Counted from the first letter of the stretch, positions 35,761 through 45,875 are shown. The stretch: 64,000 bases of DNA from Gammaproteobacteria bacterium (GCA_016209015.1 JACQWY010000028.1:13356-77355), one strand, 5' to 3'. Made by a program: numbers and translations. The notes: generated from the letters alone by a model not told the origin.

Positions 35761-37104
35761 GTGGCGAACCGATACGTAAGGTCCACGGACGGCAGCGATG
35801 CCGATGACGCCTCGACGTGGGCGCTCGCCAAGGCGACGATCGCCGGGCTCGACGCCATCGACACCGCCGGAGATTACCTCTACGTCTCGCAGTCGCACGC
35901 CGAGACGACGGGCGCCGCGGTGTCGTGGTCGTTCGCCGGCACCGAGGCGTCACCGACGAAACTCGTGTGCGCGAACGACGGCGCCGAGCCGCCGACCACG
36001 CTCGCGAACACGGCGACGGCGACTACGAACGCCGCCTCGTCCGGCTTCACGTTCTCCGGGAATTGCTACGTCCACGGGATCTCGTTCACGGCGGGCAGCG
36101 GGCAGAGCACGACGTGTTCAATCCTGCAGAGCCAAGCCTCGAGCACGATTCAGACGTTCAATCAGTGCAAGTTCATCTTGGCCTCGACGGGCGTGAGCTC
36201 GCGCATCCAGGCGTCGCTGTCGTCGGCCATCAACCCGGTGCAAACCATCTGGAACGACTGCGACGTGAAGTTCGCGGCGTCCGGCCAGGGCATCCAGGTC
36301 GGCGAAGGGGAGTTCCAGTGGCGCGGCGGCTCTCTGCTCTCGGGCGGGACCTCGCCGACGTCGCTATTCGTGACCGCGGCGGGCTCGCAGCGCGGCGGGA
36401 AATGCACCATCGACGGCGTCGACCTCTCGAACGCCGGCACCGGCATCACGATTTTTGGCAGCGTCGCTGCGCCCACGGTCGCGAAAATCCGGAACTGCAA
36501 GCTCCCGGCGAGCTGGAGCGGGACGCTGACAACCGGCACGCTCTATCCCGGCCAGCGCTACGAGATGATCAACTGCGACGCCGGCGACACGCATTACCGG
36601 ATCTGGGTGCAGGCGTACTGGGGCACCATCAAGAGCGAAGCGACGCTCGTGCGCACGGGGTCTCCGACGAACGGCGCCGACAACATCAGTTGGCAAATGG
36701 TGAGCGTCGCCAACACCGAATATCCGCACCAAACCCTCGAGTCGCCCGAGATCATCGCGTGGAACGACACCGTCGGGAGTTCGGTGACCGCGACGCTCCA
36801 CGTGCTCCACGACAGCGCGACGAACCTCAAGGACAACGACATCTGGATCGAGGTCATGTACTGCGGGACTTCGGGCGCGCCGCTCGGCAGCTACACCCGG
36901 GATTCGGTTGCCGTGCTCGGCGCGGCCGCTGATCAGGCGTCGGATGCTGGCGAGACCTGGACGACGACCGGCATGACGAATCCGAACAAGCAGAAGCTCA
37001 ACGTCAGTTTCACGCCGCAAGAAGTGGGCTGGGTTGTGGCGCGCGTGCATCTCGCGCTCGCGAGCAAGACCGTCTACGTCGATCCCGTCCTCGAGCTGGC
37101 CTGA
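35761..37104 (+). CDS. virion appendage protein (beta-helix-like)
   Basis: MANRYVRSTDGSD...TWALAKAT...VYVDP. Confidence 0.7.
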   Translation: MANRYVRSTDGSDADDASTWALAKATIAGLDAIDTAGDYLYVSQSHAETTGAAVSWSFAGTEASPTKLVCANDGAEPPTTLANTATATTNAASSGFTFSGNCYVHGISFTAGSGQSTTCSILQSQASSTIQTFNQCKFILASTGVSSRIQASLSSAINPVQTIWNDCDVKFAASGQGIQVGEGEFQWRGGSLLSGGTSPTSLFVTAAGSQRGGKCTIDGVDLSNAGTGITIFGSVAAPTVAKIRNCKLPASWSGTLTTGTLYPGQRYEMINCDAGDTHYRIWVQAYWGTIKSEATLVRTGSPTNGADNISWQMVSVANTEYPHQTLESPEIIAWNDTVGSSVTATLHVLHDSATNLKDNDIWIEVMYCGTSGAPLGSYTRDSVAVLGAAADQASDAGETWTTTGMTNPNKQKLNVSFTPQEVGWVVARVHLALASKTVYVDPVLELA

Positions 37105-37766
37105 TGGCGACGTTCAAGCGGTTCACGCCGCAGGGCATCGCCGTCAGCTACTCGGATGCCTCGGCATTCAAACGATTCACGCCGGCCGGAGACCAGTTCT
37201 CGGTCGCGTCCGCGCCCTCGGTCAGCGGGTCGCTCGCGCTTACCCTGGCCGATGCGACGTCCTCGAGCGCGGGGCGACGCCGGCATTCGGGCTCTCTGGC
37301 GCACACGCTGGGCGTCACGACGCCGAGCATCGCGGGCAAGCGTCGGCACTACGGCAATGCCGCGCGCAGCCTCGACAGCGCGACCTCAAGCGCGGCAGGA
37401 CGGCGCACGCATCGCGGCGCGGCCTCGGCGACACTCGACGCCGGCGTATCCAGCGCCAGCGGGAAGCTCAGCCACCGCGGCGCGAGCTCCGCCTCCCTGG
37501 CGGCGGTCGTGCTCAACGCGAGCGGCACGATTTCCGGCGGCGGCGCGGGCATCACCGGCTCGGCCTCGGCCTACACGCTCGGCGCCGCGCTCTCCGCGCA
37601 GGGCAGGCTCCTCCACTACGGAGCGATCGAGAACCATCTCGACGCCGTGACGATGACGGCGTCAGGCCCCGGCGCAACGGGTCTGCATCGCTACGTGATG
37701 GGATTGAGTGTATTCATCGGCTCGCGCCGTCTCGGTCGCGACCTCAAAGGGAGTGGCACGCTGTGA
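37104..37766 (+). CDS. 21-aa-repeat linker protein
   Basis: four G(R/K)xxHxG repeats at 21-aa period; C-terminal MGLSVFIG..RLGRDLKGS. Confidence 0.7.
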   Translation: MATFKRFTPQGIAVSYSDASAFKRFTPAGDQFSVASAPSVSGSLALTLADATSSSAGRRRHSGSLAHTLGVTTPSIAGKRRHYGNAARSLDSATSSAAGRRTHRGAASATLDAGVSSASGKLSHRGASSASLAAVVLNASGTISGGGAGITGSASAYTLGAALSAQGRLLHYGAIENHLDAVTMTASGPGATGLHRYVMGLSVFIGSRRLGRDLKGSGTL

Positions 37767-38467
37767 CGACACGCAAGTTCCCGCCGCGCGTCCGGGTATT
37801 CAGTGCGACGACAGGCACGGGCACGCTGACGCTCGGCGCCGCGTGGCCTGGCAGCCAGGCCGTGCCTGCGAACTGCGACGGCTGCGAGATCGACTACACG
37901 ATCGCGGACGGCGCCGACTGGGAAGAGGGGCGCGGCGTCTATTCGGCCGGCGCGAACACGCTGACGCGCGGCCTCATCGCGAGCTCCACCGGCGCGCTGC
38001 TCGATCTGAGCGGAAACGAATCGGTGTTCTCGACGATCTCGTCGCGCACCATGGAAGAGCTCTGGCGTACCGAGTGGGTGGAGTTCACGTACGACGGCGC
38101 GCATTTCTCCGGGGGCCCGAACGGGCTGTACTGGCAAGTCGACGCGGCAGATCAGAAGCAATATAGGTATCGCTACATCAGCGATTCGACGCTCGCCATC
38201 GCGATTACGCTCACGGGGACCACGTTCGCCGGGCTCGCGGACTTTCAGTTGCAGATCACGCTCCCCGCCGGGCGCACCGTCGCTAAAACGAGCCTCATCG
38301 GGAGCATCGTCGCGACGTCGTCGGTCTCCGGGGTCATCCCTGTACTGGCGCTTGCGGCGGGGAACAATTCGCTTATCGTCATCGACAAGCAGAGCGGGGA
38401 TCCGTGGAGTTCTGCCGATGGATCCGTGGCGATTTATATCCAGGCGATATTCGAGGTCAACCCCTGA
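37763..38467 (+). CDS. tail-fibre-like protein
   Basis: RV...TTGTGTLTLG...YTI...WEEGRGVY...TLTR N-terminal module. Confidence 0.7.
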   Translation: MTTRKFPPRVRVFSATTGTGTLTLGAAWPGSQAVPANCDGCEIDYTIADGADWEEGRGVYSAGANTLTRGLIASSTGALLDLSGNESVFSTISSRTMEELWRTEWVEFTYDGAHFSGGPNGLYWQVDAADQKQYRYRYISDSTLAIAITLTGTTFAGLADFQLQITLPAGRTVAKTSLIGSIVATSSVSGVIPVLALAAGNNSLIVIDKQSGDPWSSADGSVAIYIQAIFEVNP

Positions 38468-38733
38468 TGCTCGGTCATCACGGGATCTCGGAAGCCCCGA
38501 TCTCGACGCTGCGCGGCGGCGTCACCGGCGCCGCGGCATCTCTGCTCGGCGCGGTAGCAGTCTCTGCGGTCGGCAGACTGATTCACTACGGCGAAGTCGT
38601 GTCAACGCTCGCCGCGACCACGCTCGTCGCGTTCGAAACCCTCGAGCCCGTCGGCATGGGGCTTTCGATATTCCGCGGACTCTGGCGGCGCGGCCGGGAC
38701 CTGCAGGGCACATGCGGTACTTCTGGAGACTGA
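38467..38733 (+). CDS. short linker protein
   Basis: MLGHHGISEAPIS; GRLIHYG; MGLSIFRG..RRGRDLQGT. Confidence 0.65.
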   Translation: MLGHHGISEAPISTLRGGVTGAAASLLGAVAVSAVGRLIHYGEVVSTLAATTLVAFETLEPVGMGLSIFRGLWRRGRDLQGTCGTSGD

Positions 38734-38734
38734 A

Positions 38735-39103
38735 ATGGCGAAAACCGGCCAGGACGACACGTTCTACTGCAACAACCCGCGCACGTTGCGGTACACCATC
38801 GCAGACGAAGAGGTCGGCGGCGCTCTCGATCTCACCGGACTCGCGCCAAAGTGGGCGCTCGTCCGCCTCAAGAGCGATGGTACGTATGATGCGACGCCGG
38901 TGCTCCAGAAGGTCCTGAATTCAGGCATCACGATCGTCAGCGTGGTGGACGGGCAACTGAACGTGCAGATCGATCCGGTCGATACGCGCGATCTCGCGCC
39001 CGGCAAGTACTACCACGAACTCGAAATCTTCGACAACACGGGCAATGGCATCGTCGCCGCCACCGGCACGCTGACCCTGCTGCGCAACGTCACCAATACA
39101 TGA
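38735..39103 (+). CDS. BppU N-terminal-like Ig-fold adaptor
   Basis: ALDLTG...GITI...GQLNVQIDPVDT.DL..GKYYHELEI. Confidence 0.65.
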   Translation: MAKTGQDDTFYCNNPRTLRYTIADEEVGGALDLTGLAPKWALVRLKSDGTYDATPVLQKVLNSGITIVSVVDGQLNVQIDPVDTRDLAPGKYYHELEIFDNTGNGIVAATGTLTLLRNVTNT

Positions 39104-39113
39104 GGACGCAATA

Positions 39114-39587
39114 ATGCGATCGAGACACTTCGCGGCGCTCGCCGCATTTCTGATGTTCTGTGCTGGCGCCTATGCCGCCGACCGCGTGCAGGTCCAGCTC
39201 AACCAGGACACCGGACAGCCGGTCACGCAGGGCGGCGTCGCCGATGCGGCCAAGGTCACGCTGTCTACGTTGCTGTCGTGCGAAGACCAGGCGCTGTCGA
39301 GCTGCTGGGTCAGCCTTGGCGGAAGTTCTGTGAACCTCACGCAAGCCACGACCTCGAACCAGGTCAAGGCGGCGGCCGGCGAAGTCATCGGGTTCTTCGT
39401 CAACACCACGAACTCCGGAACGCTTCGATTCTGGGATCAGGTAGGCGCGACGTGCAACTCTGGCGCCAAGGGCGCGACCATCACTCCAGCTGCTGGCGCG
39501 TGGTACACGTACCCCGTTAAGTTCTCGACTGGCATCTGCGTGCTGACCGGCGGCACCGGGATCGACGTCACCGTGGTGTATCGGTGA
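39114..39587 (+). CDS. exported virion-like protein
   Basis: signal peptide MRSRHFAALAAFLMFCAGAYA; VKAAAG...GTLRFWD...FSTGI...DVTVVY. Confidence 0.7.
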   Translation: MRSRHFAALAAFLMFCAGAYAADRVQVQLNQDTGQPVTQGGVADAAKVTLSTLLSCEDQALSSCWVSLGGSSVNLTQATTSNQVKAAAGEVIGFFVNTTNSGTLRFWDQVGATCNSGAKGATITPAAGAWYTYPVKFSTGICVLTGGTGIDVTVVYR

Positions 39588-41251
39588 TGCGCAAGATAGC
39601 GCTCATTCTTCTGCTCGCCATTTCTGGATCGGCGTGGGGCGAGAATCTGTACGTAGCGCCGACCGCGGCTGGGAGTGCCAACGGAGCAAGCTGCGCAAAT
39701 GCGTGGGGATGGCCGATTCAGGGCGCCACGTACTGGGGATCTGGCGCCGGCAAAATCTCAGCGGGCGACACGCTGTACCTATGTCCAGGCACCTACGACG
39801 TGGTCTCGACATCCACTCAGCTCAGTATCGACGGATCAGGTTCGGCCGGGAACATCATTACGATCACGTCCTCTGACCTGTCGAACCAAGCTGTCCTAGA
39901 CGGTCACTGGACTCCTGGTTGCTCTTTGCATAGCGCGTGCGAAGGCGATGTCGTGAATAACAGCAACGGCCGGACGTACGTCACCGTCGATCACCTGACG
40001 CTACGTAACTGCGCGAATAATGACTGCCTCATTACCGCGGGCTCCGGCAATTTCACCGCTAAGTTCTTGACTATAACGAACAGCAATAAGCACGGAATCT
40101 ATTGCTACGCGTGCTCATCGTCTTCGTTTCTTAATAACGTCATCGTCGCAAATCCTACCTCAGGAGGGACGGGAGGCGTCGGAGTGTACGTGTTCAACGT
40201 AAACAACACGCTTCAGTCCTCAGACGTCACGATTGACGGAAATGTGATCACGAAAGCTGCGTCGTCCGGGATACGCATAGAAGGAATCATGACCCCGTCT
40301 CAGTCTTGCACTACAGGTTGTGCAGTCGACACCGTGAATAGTAAGGGATGGGTGCTTCGTCCTGTCGTCACAAACAACGACGTCTCCAGGAGCGGCAATG
40401 GGGTCTACGTAATAGGAACGCAGTACGCCGTAACGCGCGGAAACAGAGTCCACGAAAACGATGTGGCGGGCCAGGAGAACTACGGTCTCGCCGGAGAGAT
40501 ATGCGATCAGTGCCTATGGGAGCAGAACGACTCGTATCTCAACGCCCGCCAGGGATTCGAGTCGTGGAGCGCGGACACCGCTACCGGACGTCAGACCGGG
40601 GTCGTGATTCGGCGAAACTATATTCACGACAACAACACCGGGAAGATCGCGAGCGCCTGCAACTTCCGATTGGGTCACGAATCAGGCACGCCGACCAACG
40701 CCGGCAGCAACATCCTGATCTATGCAAACGTATTGGAGGGAGGATGTGGGATGTCGATATATGACGCGTTCAGCGGCGTCGTGATCGCGAATAACCACGT
40801 TCTTCGCGCAGACGATACGGACTCTCAGTTGGGCGGAATATTTTTGGTATCTGGGTCTTCGGGTACGCTTCAGAACAATCTCGTCACGGCAAAAAAGGGC
40901 TACGCACTTCTCGGCTCCAACAGCGGCAACATCGGCAGTTGGACGCATAGTACAAATCACTACTATGCGCCGAACTCCGCTACGCCTGTTCGCGTTAACT
41001 CAGTGAACTACACCGACCCAAAATCATGGGAAGCGAGCGCGTTGACCTCAGATCCAACACTTGTAGGCGGCGCAAACGCAATGGGAATTTCCGCGTCTCG
41101 CCTATCACCGGGATCCCCTGACATCGGCGCCGGCGCCGTAGTAGGCCCCTACCACGACTATCTGAATCACCGCTTCCGCGAGCCGCCGAGTATCGGGGCG
41201 TTCGAGCAAGGCAGCCGCAGTCAAGCCGCGGCGAGAGCGGCGAGGAACTGA
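39584..41251 (+). CDS. exported right-handed parallel beta-helix (pectin-lyase-like) protein
   Basis: signal peptide MRKIALILLLAISGSAWG; YVAPTAAGS.NG.SCANAW; Asn-rich repeats; PSIGAFE. Confidence 0.8.
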   Translation: MMRKIALILLLAISGSAWGENLYVAPTAAGSANGASCANAWGWPIQGATYWGSGAGKISAGDTLYLCPGTYDVVSTSTQLSIDGSGSAGNIITITSSDLSNQAVLDGHWTPGCSLHSACEGDVVNNSNGRTYVTVDHLTLRNCANNDCLITAGSGNFTAKFLTITNSNKHGIYCYACSSSSFLNNVIVANPTSGGTGGVGVYVFNVNNTLQSSDVTIDGNVITKAASSGIRIEGIMTPSQSCTTGCAVDTVNSKGWVLRPVVTNNDVSRSGNGVYVIGTQYAVTRGNRVHENDVAGQENYGLAGEICDQCLWEQNDSYLNARQGFESWSADTATGRQTGVVIRRNYIHDNNTGKIASACNFRLGHESGTPTNAGSNILIYANVLEGGCGMSIYDAFSGVVIANNHVLRADDTDSQLGGIFLVSGSSGTLQNNLVTAKKGYALLGSNSGNIGSWTHSTNHYYAPNSATPVRVNSVNYTDPKSWEASALTSDPTLVGGANAMGISASRLSPGSPDIGAGAVVGPYHDYLNHRFREPPSIGAFEQGSRSQAAARAARN

Positions 41252-41273
41252 TCTCCAACGTAGAGAGGAAACC

Positions 41274-41834
41274 ATGACAACCAAGAAGACGACCGCCCAC
41301 AAGGCGGGGCAGCGCCGCTCCCGAGCGGCCCAGCCCAAACGGGAGAAATCAGGGCGCCCGTCGAAGTATCGTCAAGAACTCGATGCCATCGCACACAAGA
41401 TGTGCCTGATGGGCGCGACTGACGCCGACCTCGCCGAGGCTTTCGACGTGTGCGAAGACACGATCAACGAATGGAAGAAGGTGCACCCGACATTCGCCAA
41501 GGAGCTGGAAAACGGCAAGACCTTTGCGGACGCCGAGATCGCGGCGGCGCTCTTCCATCGAGCGAAGGGATATTCGCACCCCGCGTTGCACTTCGCGAGC
41601 TTCGAGGGCGACATCTACAGCGAGGAATACACCGAGCATTACCCGCCCGACACCGCGGCGTGCAGGTTCTGGCTGATGAATCGCCAGCGTTCGAAGTGGC
41701 GCGAGAAGATCGACGTCGAGCACGGCGGCAAGGATGGCGCCCCGCTGACCTCGGCGGAGTACAAGATTGACGCGAACACCAACCCCGAAGAAGCAGCGCG
41801 CAAGTACAAAGCCTTCCTCGAACACTGCCGCTGA
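41274..41834 (+). CDS. terS: terminase small subunit
   Basis: GRPSKY...GATDADLAEAFDV...TINEWK...HYPPDTAACRFWLMNRQ. Confidence 0.85.
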   Translation: MTTKKTTAHKAGQRRSRAAQPKREKSGRPSKYRQELDAIAHKMCLMGATDADLAEAFDVCEDTINEWKKVHPTFAKELENGKTFADAEIAAALFHRAKGYSHPALHFASFEGDIYSEEYTEHYPPDTAACRFWLMNRQRSKWREKIDVEHGGKDGAPLTSAEYKIDANTNPEEAARKYKAFLEHCR

Positions 41835-43506
41835 GGCGCCGTTCGATTTCAGGAATCCGGACTACACGGCCGTCTTCGCGGCGCGGATGCGAAAACTCGA
41901 GGCGATCCAGAAGAACCCCGAGTTCGGAGTGGACCTGAAGAAGCACTACCGGCACGCGCCATGGGATCTCATCAGCGATTGGGGGATGACCTTCGAGCCC
42001 CGCAATCTCGAGCTCGGGCTCATCACGGCGATCCCGTTCGTGCTCTGGAAGCGACAGCGCGAGTACCTGCAATGGCTGCACACGCGCTGGAAGCGGCGCG
42101 AGCGCGGGCTCGTCGAGAAGTCCCGCGACTGCGGAGTGACCTGGCTAACGGTCGGCTTTGGCGTTGCGATGTGGATCGCCGAGGACGGTTTCCTCGCGGG
42201 CTTCGGAAGCCGCAAGGAAGAACTCGTCGATAAGCGCGGCGACGATAAAAGCATCTTCGAGAAGATCCGATTCTTCATAGACAACCTGCCGCCGTTCCTC
42301 CAGCCGGCGGCGATGAATCGCAAGAACGACTGGTCGCATCTCAGAATCTCGAACTCGGACAACGGGTCGGCGCTGATCGGAGAGGCCGGAGACCAGATCG
42401 GCCGCGGAGGGCGAGCTTCCATCTATTTCGTGGACGAGGCGGCGTTCGTCGAGCACCAGCTCACCGTCGACGCCGCGCTCTCCCAGACGACGAACTGCCA
42501 GATCGACATCTCGACGCCGAACGGCAGCGGCAACGCCTTCTACAAGAAGCGTCTCAGGTTCAACAATACCGATCGCATCTTCATCTTCGACTGGCGGGAC
42601 GACCCCCGCAAAGATCAGGCGTGGTACGACCGGCAGGTAGAGGAACAGGACGAAGTGACGGTCGCCCAAGAAATCGATCGCGACTACAACGCCTCGAAAG
42701 AAGACTCGTTCATCCCGGCGAAGTGGGTCGCGGCGGCCGTCGATGCGCATATCCGGCTGGGGTTCCGCAGCGAGGGTATCAAGGTCACGTCGTTCGACCC
42801 GGCCGACACTGGCGACGCGCGCTCAGTCGTCAATCGCTACGGCTCGGTCGTGCTCGAGGCCGAGCAGATGACGAAAGGAAACATCACGAACGCGATCCCG
42901 TGGGCCGTCGAGCACGGCGTGAACCATCGCGCCGACGTATTCATCTTCGACGGAGACGGACTCGGAACGCCGACCATCAAGATGGCGCTTCAGGTCCCGG
43001 CGCTGCGCGCCAGGATCCGGCTCTCGCGGATGAACATCCTCGTGTTTCGCGGCTCGGGAGCCGTGCAGAACCCCGGGCAGCCGGCTGGCAAGCGCACGCA
43101 CAAGGAGAGTGAGGCACTGAAGTCAAACATCGACACGTACCTGAACTTCCGGGCGCAGGCCTGGAGTTGGGTACGAGCGCGCTTCGAGAAGACCTTCGAT
43201 GCGGTCGAGGCGGCGCGCGCCGGCAAAATCGTGCGCGCGGATCCCGAAGATCTGATCAGCATTAATTCGAAGTGCGCGCACATGCAGGAGCTCGTGGCCG
43301 AGCTCTCACGCCCGCTGCGCATCTATTCGGCCAACGGGAAAATCCAGGTCGAGAGCAAGGAGTCCATGAAGAAGCGCGAGATCATGAGCCCGAACCTCGC
43401 CGATGCCCTCGTGATGGCGTTCTCGGTCAGCGCCCCCTCGGCACCGACGACCGGCGGAATCAAAACCCAGGAATTCGCGCCCCTCGATCCGTCGATGGGC
43501 TATTAG
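41767..43506 (+). CDS. terL: terminase large subunit
   Basis: PFDFRNPDY, EKSRDCGVTW (Walker A), YFVDEAAF (Walker B), ISTPNG, SPNLADAL; TTG start overlapping terS. Confidence 0.9.
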   Translation: MTRTPTPKKQRASTKPSSNTAAEAPFDFRNPDYTAVFAARMRKLEAIQKNPEFGVDLKKHYRHAPWDLISDWGMTFEPRNLELGLITAIPFVLWKRQREYLQWLHTRWKRRERGLVEKSRDCGVTWLTVGFGVAMWIAEDGFLAGFGSRKEELVDKRGDDKSIFEKIRFFIDNLPPFLQPAAMNRKNDWSHLRISNSDNGSALIGEAGDQIGRGGRASIYFVDEAAFVEHQLTVDAALSQTTNCQIDISTPNGSGNAFYKKRLRFNNTDRIFIFDWRDDPRKDQAWYDRQVEEQDEVTVAQEIDRDYNASKEDSFIPAKWVAAAVDAHIRLGFRSEGIKVTSFDPADTGDARSVVNRYGSVVLEAEQMTKGNITNAIPWAVEHGVNHRADVFIFDGDGLGTPTIKMALQVPALRARIRLSRMNILVFRGSGAVQNPGQPAGKRTHKESEALKSNIDTYLNFRAQAWSWVRARFEKTFDAVEAARAGKIVRADPEDLISINSKCAHMQELVAELSRPLRIYSANGKIQVESKESMKKREIMSPNLADALVMAFSVSAPSAPTTGGIKTQEFAPLDPSMGY

Positions 43507-43516
43507 GAGTCACCCC

Positions 43517-43690
43517 ATGCCTTCGAAGACACCAGCCCAAGCGCGGCTGATGGCCGCGGCTGCCCACGATCCGAAGTTCGCGAAGAAAGCAGGCGTCCCG
43601 CAGGGCGTCGCGAAGGAGTTCAACCGGGACGACGCCGGCACCGGGATCATCCAGCGCGCGCGCCGGCAGGCGCCCAAGAAGAAGTGCTGA
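43517..43690 (+). CDS. small basic phage protein (57 aa)
   Basis: RBS AGGAG; MPSKTPAQARLMAAAAHDPKFAKKAGVPQGVAKEFN. Confidence 0.7.
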   Translation: MPSKTPAQARLMAAAAHDPKFAKKAGVPQGVAKEFNRDDAGTGIIQRARRQAPKKKC

Positions 43691-43815
43691 TGCAGACCTA
43701 CGCCAGCACCCCGCAGCGCGTCGGCGTCATCGCGCCGGGCACGAAACAGTCTGGAATCATCGCGCGCGAGCGCGCCCGCAAGAAGCAGCGAGACCCCAAA
43801 TGCAAAGCGCGGTGA
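43690..43815 (+). CDS. small basic peptide (41 aa) with capsid-like N terminus
   Basis: TGATG coupling; MQTYASTPQRVG... Confidence 0.5.
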   Translation: MQTYASTPQRVGVIAPGTKQSGIIARERARKKQRDPKCKAR

Positions 43816-45875
43816 CCTCCGTAGTCGGCGACACGCCCGAAGAACAGGACGGTTACAGTCGGCTCGACGCGTTCGGCATGGAAATCGCGAAGTACCGCAA
43901 GGAGGCCGTGGACGGCCGCGTCCAAATCGGGATCGAAGAGGAATGGCTCGAGGACGAAGAGGCCTATGTCGGCATCGACGCCGCGAACCGCGGCGAACAT
44001 CTCTCGACGTGGCGTCACCTGAAGCCGAGCAAGAAGGTTTTCTCGACGGCGAACTCGAGCACCGCCGACCCGACGCGCAGCACCGCGCTCGTCAACATCA
44101 CGCGGCCCTACTGCGACGCCGCGGCCGCCCGCGTCGCCGACATGCTGCTCCCGAACGACGATCGGTGCTGGGGCCTCGACTGCACGCCGTTGCCTGACCT
44201 CGCCGAGCAGGCCCAGCCGGACGTCGCCGTGATCGTCGCCGACGCCTCCGGTGGCCAGATGGAGGTCAGCCACAAGGTCTTCATGGATGCGGTAGTCACC
44301 GCAGCCAAGGCGCGCATGGAGCGTGCCGAGACCCAGATCGAGGACTGGCTCGGCGAGACGAAATGGTCGGCGGAGTGCCGCGTCGTCATCGAAGACACGG
44401 CGAAGCTCGGCACCGGCGTACTCAAGGGGCCCTACCCGAAGGCGAAGCGCAAGGTCCGGTTCAACTACCAGGACGGTCAGAGCGCCATCGCCTTCGAGTC
44501 GAAGACCGTACCGCACTCACGGCGTGTCGATGTCTGGAATTGCTTCCCGGACCCCTCGTGCGGCGAGAACATCCAGGACGGCGCCTACTTCTTCGAGCGC
44601 GACGAGATCACGCTGCGCAAGCTGCTCGCGCTCAAGACCGAGCCCGGCTACATCGCGGCGCAGATCGAGGCCTGTGCTCAGGAAGGCCCGATCGGCTACG
44701 AGGTCAACTGGACGCCCTCGATCGCTCAGGAGCGCACGGCAGGCCTCCGCCAGACGAAGTACGAGATCTGGTATTTCTACGGCATGGTCGAGCGCGACGC
44801 GCTCATCGCCTCCGGCCTCATCCCCGAGCAGCTCACCGAGGATTACTACTCGGCGGTCGTCACGATGGTGAATCACCGTGTCGTCAAGGCGGCCATCATG
44901 CCGCTCGAGGACGGGTCATTCCCCTACGATTTCATGGTGTGGCAGCGCCGACCTGGGCTGCCCTACGGGATCGGTGTCTCGCGTCAGATCCGAATTCCCC
45001 AGCGTATGCTGACCGCGGCGATCCGCAATCTCATGGACAACGCGGCGCTTTCGGCCGGGCCTCAGATCATCATCGACACGACGAAGATCGTGCCGGCGAA
45101 CGGCAAGATGGAGCTCGTGCCGCGAAAGGTCTGGATCGCGAAGACCGGCGACGACGTCTCCGAGATCGACGTCGAGAAGGCGTTCACGATCGTCCACATC
45201 GAGACGCGACAGCCGGAACTCATGAACATCATCGAGTTCTCGTTGCGGATGGCCGAGGAATCGACCGGGCTCCCGATGATCCTGCAGGGCCAGCTCGGCG
45301 AGCAGAACCCACAGACGCTCGGCCAGCAGCAGATGTTGCAGAACAACGCGAGTTCGGTGCTGCGCCGTCTCGCCAAGCTCTGGGACGACCGGGTCACGGT
45401 CCCCCATCTCACGCGCTACTACCACTGGCTGATGGAGTACGGCGACGACGACGTCAAAGGCGACTTCGAAGTCATCGCGCACGGCTCGTCGACGCTCGTC
45501 GAGCGCGACATCCAGAACCAGGGCATCGCGCTACTCATGGATCTCAGTTGGAAGGCGCCGGCGCTCGGCCTAGATCCCGAGAAGACTACCGAGGAATACA
45601 TCCGGTCACAGCATCTCGCGCCGGCCCGCTTCACGAAGGACGAGCAGCAGAAGGAGGCCGAAGCCGAAGCGCAGCCCGAGCAGCCGCAGGATCCGAGCAT
45701 CACGGCCGCCGCGATCACTGCTGATGCTCAGCTCCAGAAGCAGACCGCGGCGAACCAGGACCGCCAAGCAGAGCGCGATCAGCGCTGGCAAGAAAAGCTC
45801 CTCGATAAGAACACCGAAGTCGCGCTCTACAACGCCGAACAGGCTCTAAAGGAGACCGAGGGTTCAGGCGTATGA
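43800..45875 (+). CDS. portal protein
   Basis: 691 aa after terL; VNITRP, GTGVLKGP, FPDP, QRMLTAAIRNLMDNA. Confidence 0.85.
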   Translation: MQSAVTSVVGDTPEEQDGYSRLDAFGMEIAKYRKEAVDGRVQIGIEEEWLEDEEAYVGIDAANRGEHLSTWRHLKPSKKVFSTANSSTADPTRSTALVNITRPYCDAAAARVADMLLPNDDRCWGLDCTPLPDLAEQAQPDVAVIVADASGGQMEVSHKVFMDAVVTAAKARMERAETQIEDWLGETKWSAECRVVIEDTAKLGTGVLKGPYPKAKRKVRFNYQDGQSAIAFESKTVPHSRRVDVWNCFPDPSCGENIQDGAYFFERDEITLRKLLALKTEPGYIAAQIEACAQEGPIGYEVNWTPSIAQERTAGLRQTKYEIWYFYGMVERDALIASGLIPEQLTEDYYSAVVTMVNHRVVKAAIMPLEDGSFPYDFMVWQRRPGLPYGIGVSRQIRIPQRMLTAAIRNLMDNAALSAGPQIIIDTTKIVPANGKMELVPRKVWIAKTGDDVSEIDVEKAFTIVHIETRQPELMNIIEFSLRMAEESTGLPMILQGQLGEQNPQTLGQQQMLQNNASSVLRRLAKLWDDRVTVPHLTRYYHWLMEYGDDDVKGDFEVIAHGSSTLVERDIQNQGIALLMDLSWKAPALGLDPEKTTEEYIRSQHLAPARFTKDEQQKEAEAEAQPEQPQDPSITAAAITADAQLQKQTAANQDRQAERDQRWQEKLLDKNTEVALYNAEQALKETEGSGV

